Virus record (IMG/VR): IMGVR_UViG_3300045988_062945
Location: 1 to 42,933 of that record
Strand: one strand, 5' to 3'
Source: a virus
DNA: 42,933 nucleotides
Shown: positions 31,260-41,009 of the stretch, piece after piece
How positions within the stretch are numbered: position 1 is the stretch's first letter
How the letters are laid out: each line of letters opens with the position of its first letter
Translations under genes and position numbers: made by a program
Notes under the pieces: model-generated
Databases searched by the model: none
What the model was told of the DNA's origin: nothing
What the model saw: the letters and a program-made list of their open reading frames with translations, nothing else

Positions 31260-34115
31260 ATGGCAAGGCACGCCGACGGAACAATAGTAATAAACACAGC
31301 CATCGAAACCGACGGCTTCAAAAAAGGCTCCAAGGACATGGAAGCCGCTTTCCGCAAGGCGGCGCACAACCTTGAGGGCGTAAGCGAAAAAATACAGATA
31401 TCCATCGAGAAGTCCGTACAGGCTTTTGAGAAGCAGAATGCCGCATACAGGGAGCAGGAAGCGCGGGTTGAATCGCTCAAGGCGAAGATAGAGGAGGCGC
31501 AGAGCGAAAAGGTTGAATCTCAGGCTTTCACTGACATAAACAAGCAGATAGACGACTACCAGAAGAAGCTTGACGCGGCAATCGAAAGAGAAATCCGCTT
31601 CATGGAGACCGGAGGAAGCACCAGAAGCACGGCATATGAGCGCATGGAGTATGATATCGAGATGCTTCGGGAGAAAATAGCCGAGGCGAAAGCCGAAAAA
31701 GACCGGCTGTTGCAGTCCGGCGAAGCATACACCGGCGCGGACATCTCCGGTCTTACCTCTCAGCTGACCGAAGCACAGGACAAGCTCGGACAGATGGGCG
31801 GGAAACTGGAAGTAATTTATGCTTCACTGCGGGAGAAACTGGGCGAGTACACAAGCTCGGAGCAAGAGGCGGCAATAGCGACGGCTGAAACGGCTGACAA
31901 CACCGCTCAGGCGGCAACGACAACCTCGGAAATGTCTTCAGAGGTCGAACAGGCAGCCGCAAAGGGTAATATTTTCGCTCAGGCTTTCGATCGCATAAAA
32001 GCCGTATTTGCTACCATAGGGGCAATTCCTCAAAACGTTCGAGAATCCACAGCGGCTCTTGAAGAATCGCTCGGTATAGTATCTCAGGTATCAGGAGAAG
32101 CGGAACAGGCGGCAGAATCAATAGGAGAAATGGCTGATGAAACCGAACGCGCGGCGGGAAGCGGCGGCGGTTTTTCCGGCGTTTATGAGAGAGTAAAAAA
32201 CACCATGAACAATGCGGCGGGGGCGGTGAAAAAGTTTTTCGCAGGGATTAAAGGCTCCGGAAACCCGCTGAAAAAGTTTATCAAATACGGCTTGGGCATC
32301 GCAACGGTCTATTCACTCTTTAATAAATTAAGGTCTGCCATCAAGGACGGTATAAAGAATATCGTCCAGTTTGACAAGAAAACGAACACAAGCATTTCCG
32401 GCATACAGTCAGCATTTGCGAAGCTGAAAAACAACCTCACTGCAGCTATCGCTCCTTTGATAAATGCACTTGCGCCGTACATTATTAAAGCTGTGGATTG
32501 GCTTAATCAGGCAATAAACAAAGTGGCGCAGTTCATTGCGGCAATGACGGGTCAGACCACATACACAAAAGCTAAAGACGTGTGGAACGATTATGCGCAA
32601 AGTCTAATAGATACTTCTAACGCTGCCAAAAAAGCAAAGCAGAACCTTTCCGGACTTGACGAAATTAAGACGTGGGATTCTGGAAATGATTCAACTACCA
32701 TATCAAAAATCTCGGATATGTTTGAAATAGTCGAGGTTGAGGATAAGTTCAAGGATATATCATGGCGTGATTTCGGAGAGATGATTGGAGAGGGGCTGAA
32801 CAACTTTTTGCAGGATGCCTCAAATTGGATTGATAACATCGATTGGAATGCGATATGGAATCATTTGAAAGAAGGCTTTGATGGATTCCTCAAAGGGCTT
32901 TTCAAGGGAACTCATTTGGGAAATGTAATCGATATCGGAGACGTGCGATCGAACACCGATCTGCAAAAGGATTATATCGATGCATACCAAAAAGTGATAC
33001 CGAAGCAAACCACATTATTGTTCGACCCCAAAACGGCAAAATACACTCTCGAAGAAATAAACGCTCTTCTCAAAAAAAGCGACAACTTCAAGTTCAAAAA
33101 ATTAAGGGAAAGCGGGCTTGTTGATGTAAAAACATGGATAAAAATCAAGAACGAGGTTGAAGATACTGGGCATAGCATTGGAGATGTGGCGAAAAAATAT
33201 GTCGACCTTTCTGATACTTCTGTATCGTGGCTAAATGCGTATATAGGAAAAGAAAGTCAATTCAAACTTGCAAACAGAAATATAATTGCAGAGTACGAAA
33301 ACGCTGTGGAAATGGCAAAGAAGGCGCTGGACGAACTTACAAATAAAGGCAAAGGATTTATTGACGATCAGATAGAGCTTAACCGCCGCGCTGCAGAGAT
33401 AACAGCAAACACGGTAAATGATGTATTAAATAAAAACAAAGAAATATTAAGCAAGGTTGTCGAAAATGCAAAAGCGGGAGGGCAGGAAGCAGGGAGATCA
33501 TACGCGGAGGGTTTTGAGTTAGAACTGCGCAATGGCAAGCTATCAATAATTAAAGCCGGCGAAACAATTATTGATGATATACGAGAAAACAGCAAGAATC
33601 TTATATCTCAGCTTGTAGCAACTTTCGGAAAACAAGCTCTTGAAAGAGCAAATCAAAAGGCTGCAAAAGCGGCAGGAGAAGCAATCGGAGATGCGCTTGG
33701 AAACGGTATAATAAGTTCTGTTAACCAAACCAATACGCACGTCGCAGATTATACGGAGTTCTTGATCGGACAGCTTGAGGACAGCATGAAGCCCGGAGAG
33801 GATTATTACAAGAAAAAAGCGGCAATACGCAAACTCAAGTCTTTTACCGTTCCATATCTTGCATCCGGCGCGGTGATCCCTCCGAATGCGCCGTTTACGG
33901 CAGTTCTCGGCGATCAGAAGCACGGGACGAACGTCGAAGCGCCGCTTGAGACCATAAAACAGGCGCTGCGGGAAGTGCTCGGCTCCGGCACCGGCGGCGG
34001 GAACACTTACAACATCACCGCGACGGCAAATGGGAAAACGCTTTTCCAGCTCCTGCTTGAAGAGGGGCGCAACGCGCAGATGCAGACCGGGAAGAATCCC
34101 TTCCTGCTTGCATAA
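31260..34115 (+). CDS. Tape measure protein
   Basis: 951 aa, with a coiled-coil N-part and hydrophobic segments. It is the longest gene in the tail module. Confidence 0.85.
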   Translation: MARHADGTIVINTAIETDGFKKGSKDMEAAFRKAAHNLEGVSEKIQISIEKSVQAFEKQNAAYREQEARVESLKAKIEEAQSEKVESQAFTDINKQIDDYQKKLDAAIEREIRFMETGGSTRSTAYERMEYDIEMLREKIAEAKAEKDRLLQSGEAYTGADISGLTSQLTEAQDKLGQMGGKLEVIYASLREKLGEYTSSEQEAAIATAETADNTAQAATTTSEMSSEVEQAAAKGNIFAQAFDRIKAVFATIGAIPQNVRESTAALEESLGIVSQVSGEAEQAAESIGEMADETERAAGSGGGFSGVYERVKNTMNNAAGAVKKFFAGIKGSGNPLKKFIKYGLGIATVYSLFNKLRSAIKDGIKNIVQFDKKTNTSISGIQSAFAKLKNNLTAAIAPLINALAPYIIKAVDWLNQAINKVAQFIAAMTGQTTYTKAKDVWNDYAQSLIDTSNAAKKAKQNLSGLDEIKTWDSGNDSTTISKISDMFEIVEVEDKFKDISWRDFGEMIGEGLNNFLQDASNWIDNIDWNAIWNHLKEGFDGFLKGLFKGTHLGNVIDIGDVRSNTDLQKDYIDAYQKVIPKQTTLLFDPKTAKYTLEEINALLKKSDNFKFKKLRESGLVDVKTWIKIKNEVEDTGHSIGDVAKKYVDLSDTSVSWLNAYIGKESQFKLANRNIIAEYENAVEMAKKALDELTNKGKGFIDDQIELNRRAAEITANTVNDVLNKNKEILSKVVENAKAGGQEAGRSYAEGFELELRNGKLSIIKAGETIIDDIRENSKNLISQLVATFGKQALERANQKAAKAAGEAIGDALGNGIISSVNQTNTHVADYTEFLIGQLEDSMKPGEDYYKKKAAIRKLKSFTVPYLASGAVIPPNAPFTAVLGDQKHGTNVEAPLETIKQALREVLGSGTGGGNTYNITATANGKTLFQLLLEEGRNAQMQTGKNPFLLA

Positions 34116-34124
34116 GGAGGATAT

Positions 34125-34502
34125 ATGGCACAGGACAAAATCAAGATAAACGGAATTACCATAAGACAGCCCGACGAGGGGCTTGGGTACGACTTCGAGA
34201 CTACCTATGACGAAAGCGCAAAGAGGGCGCAGAACGGCAAGCTCAAGGCTTCAAGGCTTTTCACGGTCGAAGCCCTGAGCTATGCCGCAAGCAACCTCAC
34301 GCTTGACGAGATGAAAACCATCCTTCAGCAGGTGGCAAAGGGAAGCTCTTTCACGCTTCACTATTTCTCGCCTTACTATGGTGCATGGAGAGACGGAAAA
34401 TTTTACGTCGGGCGCGGGAATCTTTCGATAGGTCGGCTTATCGAGGGAGGGGAAGTGTATGAAAGCCTGTCGATACAGATGACGGGGGTGAATCCTATAT
34501 GA
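34125..34502 (+). CDS. Small tail component (distal-tail position)
   Basis: SD aaggagg, directly after the tape measure gene. Confidence 0.5.
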   Translation: MAQDKIKINGITIRQPDEGLGYDFETTYDESAKRAQNGKLKASRLFTVEALSYAASNLTLDEMKTILQQVAKGSSFTLHYFSPYYGAWRDGKFYVGRGNLSIGRLIEGGEVYESLSIQMTGVNPI

Positions 34503-35980
34503 TATCGGTATCTGACGCCTTCAAGGAGGCGATGAAAGACCGGTCGAATTACAGGTGTAGCGCGACAATCACCCTCGCAAACGGCACGGTTCTGACGCTT
34601 GCGGAGAACGATTTCTCGATCATGGGAAACAAGGTATCGGAAGGGGCAGAATCCGACGGTCTGCCCCTCGGAGAAGCAATCAGCAGGAGCATATCGCTTG
34701 AACTGCTGAACTTCGACGGTGCGCTTAGCGCATACTCCTTCACCGGAGCAAAGATCGAGCTGCATCTTCTTTTCGCTCTTGAGGGAGGCACGGAAGATGT
34801 ACTCATGGGAACCTTTACGGTACTGACCCCCGAAACCCCCGGCACGATAATCTCCATCACCGCCAACGACGATATGTACCTCACGGACAAGGAGTACGAC
34901 ACCGCACTGTCTTATCCGGCAACGCTTTCGGAAATCTTCGTCGATGTCTGCAATCGGTGCGGTCTTGCTCACGGAAGCGACAGCTTTGTAAACAGCGACT
35001 TTGAAGTGACGGCAAAGCCGGACGGATATACTTACCGAAAGGTTCTCGGCATGGTGGCGATGCTTGCCGGAGGAAATGCCCGGATAAACCGCGCCGGGGA
35101 GCTTGAAATCATCACATACAGCTTTGCTTCTCCCGCCGTGCAGACGGTGGAGGACTGGATCAAGCTGACCGTCGCGACGGATGATATCACGATAACCGGC
35201 ATTTCGGCGATAGCCTCTCAGGTGGTGGACGGAAAAATTGTCCGGAACCGCGTCATATCCGGAGCCGACGGATATGTGATAGAGCTTGAAAACCCGCTGA
35301 TGGACGGAAAAGAAGCCGAGGCGGTGAATGCACTCAACGGCATCTTCGTCGGGAAAACTCTCCGGAGGTTTGACGGAGAGATAGGAGGATATCCTCTCGC
35401 GGAGTTTATGGACACGATCAGCGTGAAAGACCGGAACGGGACGGAATATTTCTCCATAGTGACGGATATGTCCTTTACTTTTCTCGGCATGACAAGCATC
35501 AAAAACTCTGCCGCGTCCGAGATGCGCGTAAACAGCACCTTTGACGTATCAAAGGACGTCGGAAAGCTGATCGATAACGAGCGGACGGAAAGAATTACCC
35601 AGATCACAAAAACCGAGGAGGGACTGCGCTTCGATGTAGCCCAGCTGTCTCAGCAGGTCGCGATGACCATGACGGCAGACCAAGTCAGAATCGCGATCTC
35701 GGAAGCTGTCGGGGACATAAACTCGGTGACGACCGAAACCGGATATACCTTCGACAAAGACGGTCTGCGGATAAAGAAAAGCGGGGAGGAAATAGAGAAC
35801 CTTCTCGACAACACCGGTATGTACGTAAACCGCGATGACGAAAACATCCTGACGGCAAATAACGAGGGTGTGAGCGCGATAAACGTCAGCGTGAGAAAGT
35901 ACCTGATTATCGGCAAAAACTCGCGTCTTGAGGACTATGACGGCACACGTACAGCGTGCTTCTGGATAGGAGGAACATGA
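34499..35980 (+). CDS. Tail tip / baseplate hub candidate
   Basis: 493 aa, coupled, in the Dit/Tal position. Confidence 0.55.
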   Translation: MISVSDAFKEAMKDRSNYRCSATITLANGTVLTLAENDFSIMGNKVSEGAESDGLPLGEAISRSISLELLNFDGALSAYSFTGAKIELHLLFALEGGTEDVLMGTFTVLTPETPGTIISITANDDMYLTDKEYDTALSYPATLSEIFVDVCNRCGLAHGSDSFVNSDFEVTAKPDGYTYRKVLGMVAMLAGGNARINRAGELEIITYSFASPAVQTVEDWIKLTVATDDITITGISAIASQVVDGKIVRNRVISGADGYVIELENPLMDGKEAEAVNALNGIFVGKTLRRFDGEIGGYPLAEFMDTISVKDRNGTEYFSIVTDMSFTFLGMTSIKNSAASEMRVNSTFDVSKDVGKLIDNERTERITQITKTEEGLRFDVAQLSQQVAMTMTADQVRIAISEAVGDINSVTTETGYTFDKDGLRIKKSGEEIENLLDNTGMYVNRDDENILTANNEGVSAINVSVRKYLIIGKNSRLEDYDGTRTACFWIGGT

Positions 35981-37881
35981 TGGAACTCACAAGCACATAT
36001 CAATATCTCGGACGGTCGGCAAAGATCGCACCGCAGAGCGGCAACTACGGCTTTTATATCCTGCTTTACGGGAAATCAACGCCGAACACCGTGACAGGAT
36101 ATCACACGGTATCAACAAAAATGGTGCTTGCGTGTACTATAAACTCGGAGTTTTACCAGTACGGCACGACATACACCGGAACGATAAACGGCGCGTCGGC
36201 TTTTTCCGGCACGAACGAGCCTTCTGCCGCGTGGGAGCTGTCGGCATTTTCCGAGGGCGGGTACAGCTATAAAAAAGGCACTATTATCGACGAGGGAACC
36301 GTGTATGTTGACTGCACTGACGGATATGCGAAAAACATCCCGCTCTATGGGAAGTGGACTTTCACGGTAAACGGTACGACATACACCCCGGCAAAGAACG
36401 CAAGCGGGACGGTGTCGGTCACTGCGACACTTCCGGCAATCGCGAGAAAAAGCACCGTGACGGCAACGGATGCTTATATCGGCGCGGCAAGCACTATCGT
36501 TATAAACAAGAGCAACAATGCGTATACCAGCACCCTTTCATACCGGTATTATGGGCAGAGCACGTACACCGAGATCGTATCCAAAACCGCCGCGACACAG
36601 TACGGATGGACGGTGCCGGAGGCGGCATATCAGCTGATACCAAACAGCCGGGAAATCAAGATATACATCCGGTGCGAAACCTTCAACGGCTTGACCAGTA
36701 TGGGGACGAGCGAGACATATCTCACCGCATCCGTGAGGGAAAGCACCAATGCCCCGGAAGCCTCTGCAACCGCGCAGGATGTAAACACAAAGGCAACAGC
36801 CCTCACAGGAGCCGCCACAACGCTCATCAAGGGCGTTTCCAATCTTCGGGTACAGACAATCGCGACGGCAAAGAACGGCGCTTCCGTGGCTTCTGTGCGC
36901 GTCACGTGCGGCGGCATAAGCGCAATCGGAGCTGACGTCACCCTCAACGCCGTCGAAAGCAGTGCCGTCACCGTCAGCGTGACCGACAGCAGAGGGCTTA
37001 CAACCGCCATACAGCTTGCTGGGCTTAGTATGGTGAACTATATACCCCTCACACTCAATCCGACCGTACAGCGCGAATCTGCGGGTTCTGACGTGGTGTC
37101 GGTAAGCGCAACCGGAAACTTTTTCTCCGGCTCCTTCGGCGCGGTCGCAAACACTCTCACGGTAAAGGTGAGGGTAAAGCCCGACGGCGGTTCTTACGGC
37201 GATTATACGGAAATCACGGCATCGTCGGTCGGGAACACATACACCGCATCTGGTAACGTGTCAGGAGTGTCCTATACTGCCGTAAATGACGTGGAAGTGA
37301 CCGCGTATGATAAGATATACACTGAAGGTAAAACCGCCGTATATCGCGTAAATAAGGGCGTTCCCGTCTTTGACTGGGGCGAAAACGATTTCCGCTTCAA
37401 TGTCCCGGTCAGCATCGACGGAAACCTTACGGCAAAGAAGATCACCGGCACACAAGGGGAGTTTTCCGGCGCAATGGCGGTTAAATCTCTGACTGTCAAC
37501 GGGAAAACCTTTTCTGACTATGTCATCTCCAGATATACAAGCGGTATATGGAAGGTGTGCAAGTGGAGTTCCGGCTTCTGCGAACTGTGGGGTACATACT
37601 CAAAGACCGTAAACATTTCCACAGCATGGAACGGTATGTACATCAAGGACGACGCGATACCGAATCAGACCTTCCCGGTGACCTTCACAAGCATCCCGAC
37701 GGTCACGGCGACGCCGCATATATACGGCGGTCAGCGTTTCGGTCTGCTCACCGGCTCCGGTGATACAGAGACATCCAAGCCATCAAAGACCGGAACCGGC
37801 GCGTGGGGCGTTTTCCGCATGAACAACCAGTCAAACATCACCATCGGTGCGGATTTTTACGTCGCAGGGTACATCTCTTAA
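35977..37881 (+). CDS. Tail fibre / receptor-binding protein candidate (DUF859-like N-region by recollection)
   Basis: ATG 35977 or 35980 follows ataggagg. It is 634 aa, Thr/Ser/Gly-rich and beta-type, and is the last large structural gene. Confidence 0.6.
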   Translation: MMELTSTYQYLGRSAKIAPQSGNYGFYILLYGKSTPNTVTGYHTVSTKMVLACTINSEFYQYGTTYTGTINGASAFSGTNEPSAAWELSAFSEGGYSYKKGTIIDEGTVYVDCTDGYAKNIPLYGKWTFTVNGTTYTPAKNASGTVSVTATLPAIARKSTVTATDAYIGAASTIVINKSNNAYTSTLSYRYYGQSTYTEIVSKTAATQYGWTVPEAAYQLIPNSREIKIYIRCETFNGLTSMGTSETYLTASVRESTNAPEASATAQDVNTKATALTGAATTLIKGVSNLRVQTIATAKNGASVASVRVTCGGISAIGADVTLNAVESSAVTVSVTDSRGLTTAIQLAGLSMVNYIPLTLNPTVQRESAGSDVVSVSATGNFFSGSFGAVANTLTVKVRVKPDGGSYGDYTEITASSVGNTYTASGNVSGVSYTAVNDVEVTAYDKIYTEGKTAVYRVNKGVPVFDWGENDFRFNVPVSIDGNLTAKKITGTQGEFSGAMAVKSLTVNGKTFSDYVISRYTSGIWKVCKWSSGFCELWGTYSKTVNISTAWNGMYIKDDAIPNQTFPVTFTSIPTVTATPHIYGGQRFGLLTGSGDTETSKPSKTGTGAWGVFRMNNQSNITIGADFYVAGYIS

Positions 37882-37918
37882 ATGCGTATTTGCAATATCA
37901 AAGAAAGTGTAGGATAAT
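37877..37918 (+). promoter_or_regulatory. Late promoter copy 3: CTTAAATGCGTATT motif, TTGCAA, 17 nt, GATAAT (overlaps the fibre gene stop codon)
   Basis: Identical 14-nt core, with the hexamer at +36. Confidence 0.55.
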
Positions 37919-37980
37919 GAAGTCATGAGACAAGGAAAAATCCACAATCAAGAACTCAAAATCAATTAAGGAGAACCATT

Positions 37981-38172
37981 ATGGCTGTTAAGTTAATGAA
38001 TCAGAACATCGATCAGTATGCGAAGGCGACGACCTTTGACTACCTTTGCGACACGGATGACGACTTTGCGTCGCTTCCGGAGACTACTGTCGGGTCAACG
38101 GCAGTAAGCATAGCGTCCGGGACGGTGAAGGTCGTGAACACCGAGGGACAGTGGGTTACATTCGGAGGTTAA
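37981..38172 (+). CDS. Small hypothetical protein (63 aa)
   Basis: SD aaggag. It reads MAVKLMNQNIDQYAKATTFDYLCDTDDDFASLPETTVGSTAVSIASGTVKVVNTEGQWVTFGG. Confidence 0.6.
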   Translation: MAVKLMNQNIDQYAKATTFDYLCDTDDDFASLPETTVGSTAVSIASGTVKVVNTEGQWVTFGG

Positions 38173-38173
38173 A

Positions 38174-38505
38174 ATGGATATTACGAAGTATGCGATTTTG
38201 AAGAAATTGGCTGGGGGGGGGGGGGTAATGGTAGCAGTGATGTAATGATTGTTACTTTTACCTTTGATGCGGAAACAGAAAGTGTTACCGCTGATAAAAC
38301 TGTTAATGAAGTATATAGTGCCATGCAAACTAAAGCGATTATTGGCGTTTTGACTGCCGGCGACACTATCATTCCTCTTGGACCGTGTTGCGCCCATTGG
38401 GCAGACATGATGGGCTATCCATCGTTTATGCCGAACGTTGCTAACGGTAAGCTGTTCTATTTAATTTCAAGTTTAAAAGGAAGTTGGGTATTTAATGCCA
38501 GTTAA
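38174..38505 (+). CDS. Gene interrupted by a G13 tract: SD-led 23-codon ORF (38174-38245) plus SD-less 86-codon ORF (38245-38505)
   Basis: GGAGG at 38164-38168, then ATG 38174 (MDITKYAILKKLAGGGG). The downstream frame is open back through the G tract. G14 or G11 would give one 110- or 109-aa ORF. Confidence 0.6.
38213..38225. repeat. Homopolymer G13
   Basis: The sequence reads ggctGGGGGGGGGGGGGtaatgg. Confidence 0.95.
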
Positions 38506-38555
38506 TGAATTGAAACAATAATGCGACAAAATCGCAGAAAGGAACATAATGAAAG

Positions 38556-39002
38556 GTGACACTTAAAGAAATCCTGTGGGGGAGCGGCGGTGCTATAATC
38601 ATCCTGCTTACCCTCATACAGATAACGCCTATCAGGGTCAACCCTTGGACGGCGATAATAAAAGCCATAGGGAGGGCGTTTAATACAGACGTGATTAAAG
38701 ACCTTAAAGAAATAAAAACGTCGCTTCTTGAGACGCAGGAGCGGCTTGAAGGGCATATACTTGCCGACGACATGAGAGCGGCGGACGAGCATCGGAGGCA
38801 GATACTCCGCTTCAACGGGGAGGTCTTGCGCAAGCTCCGGCATACCAAAGAAGAATTTGACGACGTGCTTGTCGAGATAGACGAGTATGAGAGGTATTGC
38901 AAGGCTCATCCCGACTACAAGAACAACCGGGCGGTGCTTGCGATAGAGAACCTGCGCCGGGTATACAAGATACTTCTTGAAACAAACGATTTTTTAACCT
39001 GA
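38556..39002 (+). CDS. Membrane-anchored coiled-coil protein upstream of the lysis genes
   Basis: GTG start. It has an N-terminal TM segment (GSGGAIIILLTLIQITPI) and a helical remainder. Confidence 0.55.
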   Translation: MTLKEILWGSGGAIIILLTLIQITPIRVNPWTAIIKAIGRAFNTDVIKDLKEIKTSLLETQERLEGHILADDMRAADEHRRQILRFNGEVLRKLRHTKEEFDDVLVEIDEYERYCKAHPDYKNNRAVLAIENLRRVYKILLETNDFLT

Positions 39003-39015
39003 AAGGAGAAAAAAT

Positions 39016-39270
39016 ATGACTAATGCAGAGTTTGTCGGGAAAGCAAAGGCACTTGTGCGAGATTACACAAACGAAAATCTTGTTGAAAAGAATGCCGTGA
39101 TCGGAACAGAAGATGTTTTTGTGGTGTGGGACTGCTATATCCTCGGGAACATCAAGGCTTTACTTGCTACATCGTTGCGAGACGGAATGTTCTATGAGGT
39201 CACATACAACAAGCAGAAAGAAGAAATTTATCTTGACGCTTACAGGAAAATCGAAAACAGAAAATACTGA
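39016..39270 (+). CDS. Small conserved phage protein of the fibre-to-holin interval
   Basis: SD aaaggag. The pattern VVWDCYILGNIKALLATSLRDGMFYEVTYNKQKEEIYLDAY was remembered from streptococcal and clostridial phages. Confidence 0.6.
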   Translation: MTNAEFVGKAKALVRDYTNENLVEKNAVIGTEDVFVVWDCYILGNIKALLATSLRDGMFYEVTYNKQKEEIYLDAYRKIENRKY

Positions 39271-39286
39271 AAAGGAGACAAACATT

Positions 39287-39580
39287 ATGGATTTCGGAAT
39301 TACGGGAATTGCGGCGATAACGGTTATCTGTTACCTTGCCGCGCAGCTTATCAAGGCGACACCGCTTGACAACAAGTGGCTTCCGGTGATATGCGGCATA
39401 CTCGGAGGAGGGCTTGGTGTACTGGGAATGTACATAATGCCGGACTTCCCTGCTGGGGACATCATTACAGCAATCGCTGTGGGCATAGTATCCGGGCTTG
39501 CGGCGACGGGAGCGCATCAGATATACAAGCAGCTTTCCGGGGACAAGCCCGGTGCCGACGACGGTGAGGAGGGCATATAA
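39287..39580 (+). CDS. Holin (LL-H / phi-LC3-type, three TM segments)
   Basis: ATG 39287 follows aaaaggag. It reads MDFGITGIAAITVICYLAAQLIK...WLPVICGILGGGLGVLGMYI...AIAVGIVSGLAATGAHQIYKQL and lies directly upstream of the lysin. Confidence 0.85.
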   Translation: MDFGITGIAAITVICYLAAQLIKATPLDNKWLPVICGILGGGLGVLGMYIMPDFPAGDIITAIAVGIVSGLAATGAHQIYKQLSGDKPGADDGEEGI

Positions 39581-40389
39581 TGACTATAACCGAATGCCTT
39601 CACACGCAGAGCCGGTGCTATACGGTATATCAGGAGTGTAAGCCTGTCGGGATCGTGGTACACTCGACCGGAGTTAACCAGACCTCGGTGGCGAGGTACT
39701 GTCAGCCGTCTGACGACGATCCCGACCGCGCGGAGATAATCGCAAAGATCGGGAGGAACAGGTACGGCAATCACTGGAACAGACCGAACGTGAACAAGGC
39801 GGTTCACTATATGATCGGACGGCTTGCTGACGGCACGGTCGGCATACTTCATCTGCTTCCGGAGGAGATATGCGCGTGGGGCGTGGGTAACGGCAAGAAA
39901 GGCTCTTACAACTATCCTCCGTATCCGCACATACAGTTTGAAATATGCGAGGACGGGCTGAAGGACGAGACGTACTTCAAGGCGTGCTACAACGCGGCTG
40001 TTTCCCTGTGTGCCGACATCTGCCGCAGATGGGGATGGGAAGCCTCGGTCATCGTATCGCACAGAGAAGCGTACAAAAAGGGCTATGCAAGCAATCACGC
40101 CGACTGCGATCACTGGCTGAAGCGGTTCGGGCTGACGATGGACGACTTCAGGCGCGACGTGGACGGGCTTCTTCATCCCTCTAAGGTGATATCCGTCGGC
40201 GACACCGTGGTCTTTGCCGGGAAAAAGCATTACCGGAACGCGAACGCGCTTATCGGCTTCGGGTGCAAGCCGGGAAAAGCAAAGGTCATGAGGATATACC
40301 GGCTCGGCAAGTCGAAACATCCGTATCTGCTGAAAGGCTTCGGCGGGTGTACGGCTAACGGGTGGTGCAACGAAGAAGAAATAAAGTAA
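39580..40389 (+). CDS. Endolysin: N-acetylmuramoyl-L-alanine amidase (Amidase_2/PGRP fold) with a C-terminal SH3-like binding domain
   Basis: It contains GIVVHSTG, AVHYMIG, AWGVGNG, HIQFEICED and SHREAY...NHADCDHW. The C-terminus reads GDTVVFAGKKHYRNANA...AKVMRIYRLG. Confidence 0.85.
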   Translation: MTITECLHTQSRCYTVYQECKPVGIVVHSTGVNQTSVARYCQPSDDDPDRAEIIAKIGRNRYGNHWNRPNVNKAVHYMIGRLADGTVGILHLLPEEICAWGVGNGKKGSYNYPPYPHIQFEICEDGLKDETYFKACYNAAVSLCADICRRWGWEASVIVSHREAYKKGYASNHADCDHWLKRFGLTMDDFRRDVDGLLHPSKVISVGDTVVFAGKKHYRNANALIGFGCKPGKAKVMRIYRLGKSKHPYLLKGFGGCTANGWCNEEEIK

Positions 40390-40398
40390 AATAAGTGC

Positions 40399-40435
40399 GC
40401 GGCAAGAGCGATTTTGCCGCCATTTATTTTTTTCA
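40399..40435 (+). terminator. Rho-independent terminator of the late/lysis operon
   Basis: GCGGCAA-8 nt-TTGCCGC followed by catttattttttt. Confidence 0.75.
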
Positions 40436-40465
40436 AAAATTTTTTTATTTTTTTTCAAAAACCCC

Positions 40466-40494
40466 TTGACAAATGCACTCAATGAGTGTATAAT
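40466..40494 (+). promoter_or_regulatory. Consensus sigma70 promoter TTGACA, 17 nt, TATAAT with an A/T-rich upstream region and an internal palindrome CACTC-aat-GAGTG (40476-40488)
   Basis: Read directly. It drives 40546-41621. Confidence 0.75.
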
Positions 40495-40545
40495 AGACAC
40501 GTAAGATAAAAAACACCCTGGACACCGGGAAGAAAGAGGTACAAA

Positions 40546-40998
40546 ATGACACACGCAGAACTTGAAACACGCATCGGCGAAACCAAGACCCTCCGCGAAT
40601 GGATCGCAGAGCTTGACCTTCGCCCCACCACCCTCAATGCCGAAACTACGGACGAGACCTATGCATATGTGGTCTGCACCGAGGACAGGACATACCATGA
40701 GTATATAGTCGTATCCGACTATCGCGGAAGAAGCCTGACGGCAGAGAGCGAAGAAATGTATCTTGACGCGGAGTTTGAGCTTGACGGCATGGGAGGGTAC
40801 AGCCTTGAAGAGACCGCAGCATCCTTCTCCGCACGTCATGAGAAAGCAAGAGCGCTCAGAAAAGCCATTATCCGCGCGAAGTTCGAGCTTGCAAGGCTTG
40901 CCGGGATGTCCGACGCCGCCGATTCAAGCATCGATGAAGTCTGCCGCCGGATGCCTGAAATCGCAGACCGTCTTTACATAGACGGCGAGGTTCTTTGA
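40546..40998 (+). CDS. Acidic hypothetical protein (150 aa), first gene of the post-lysin operon
   Basis: SD agaaagagg. No family was recognised. Confidence 0.65.
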   Translation: MTHAELETRIGETKTLREWIAELDLRPTTLNAETTDETYAYVVCTEDRTYHEYIVVSDYRGRSLTAESEEMYLDAEFELDGMGGYSLEETAASFSARHEKARALRKAIIRAKFELARLAGMSDAADSSIDEVCRRMPEIADRLYIDGEVL

Positions 40999-41009
40999 GG
41001 AGGCGCACG

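Noticed and set aside
33229-33245. A fourth partial copy of the late motif (gCTAAATGCGTATata) inside the tape measure gene.
   Set aside because: It lacks one T of the core, has no -35-like TTGAC continuation and has no -10-like hexamer at the fixed +36 position. It is most likely a chance partial match.
35977-37881. A diversity-generating retroelement targeting the fibre gene.
   Set aside because: I saw no reverse-transcriptase-like ORF anywhere in the window. I also found no template-like second copy of the fibre 3' end by reading, although a formal self-alignment was not run.
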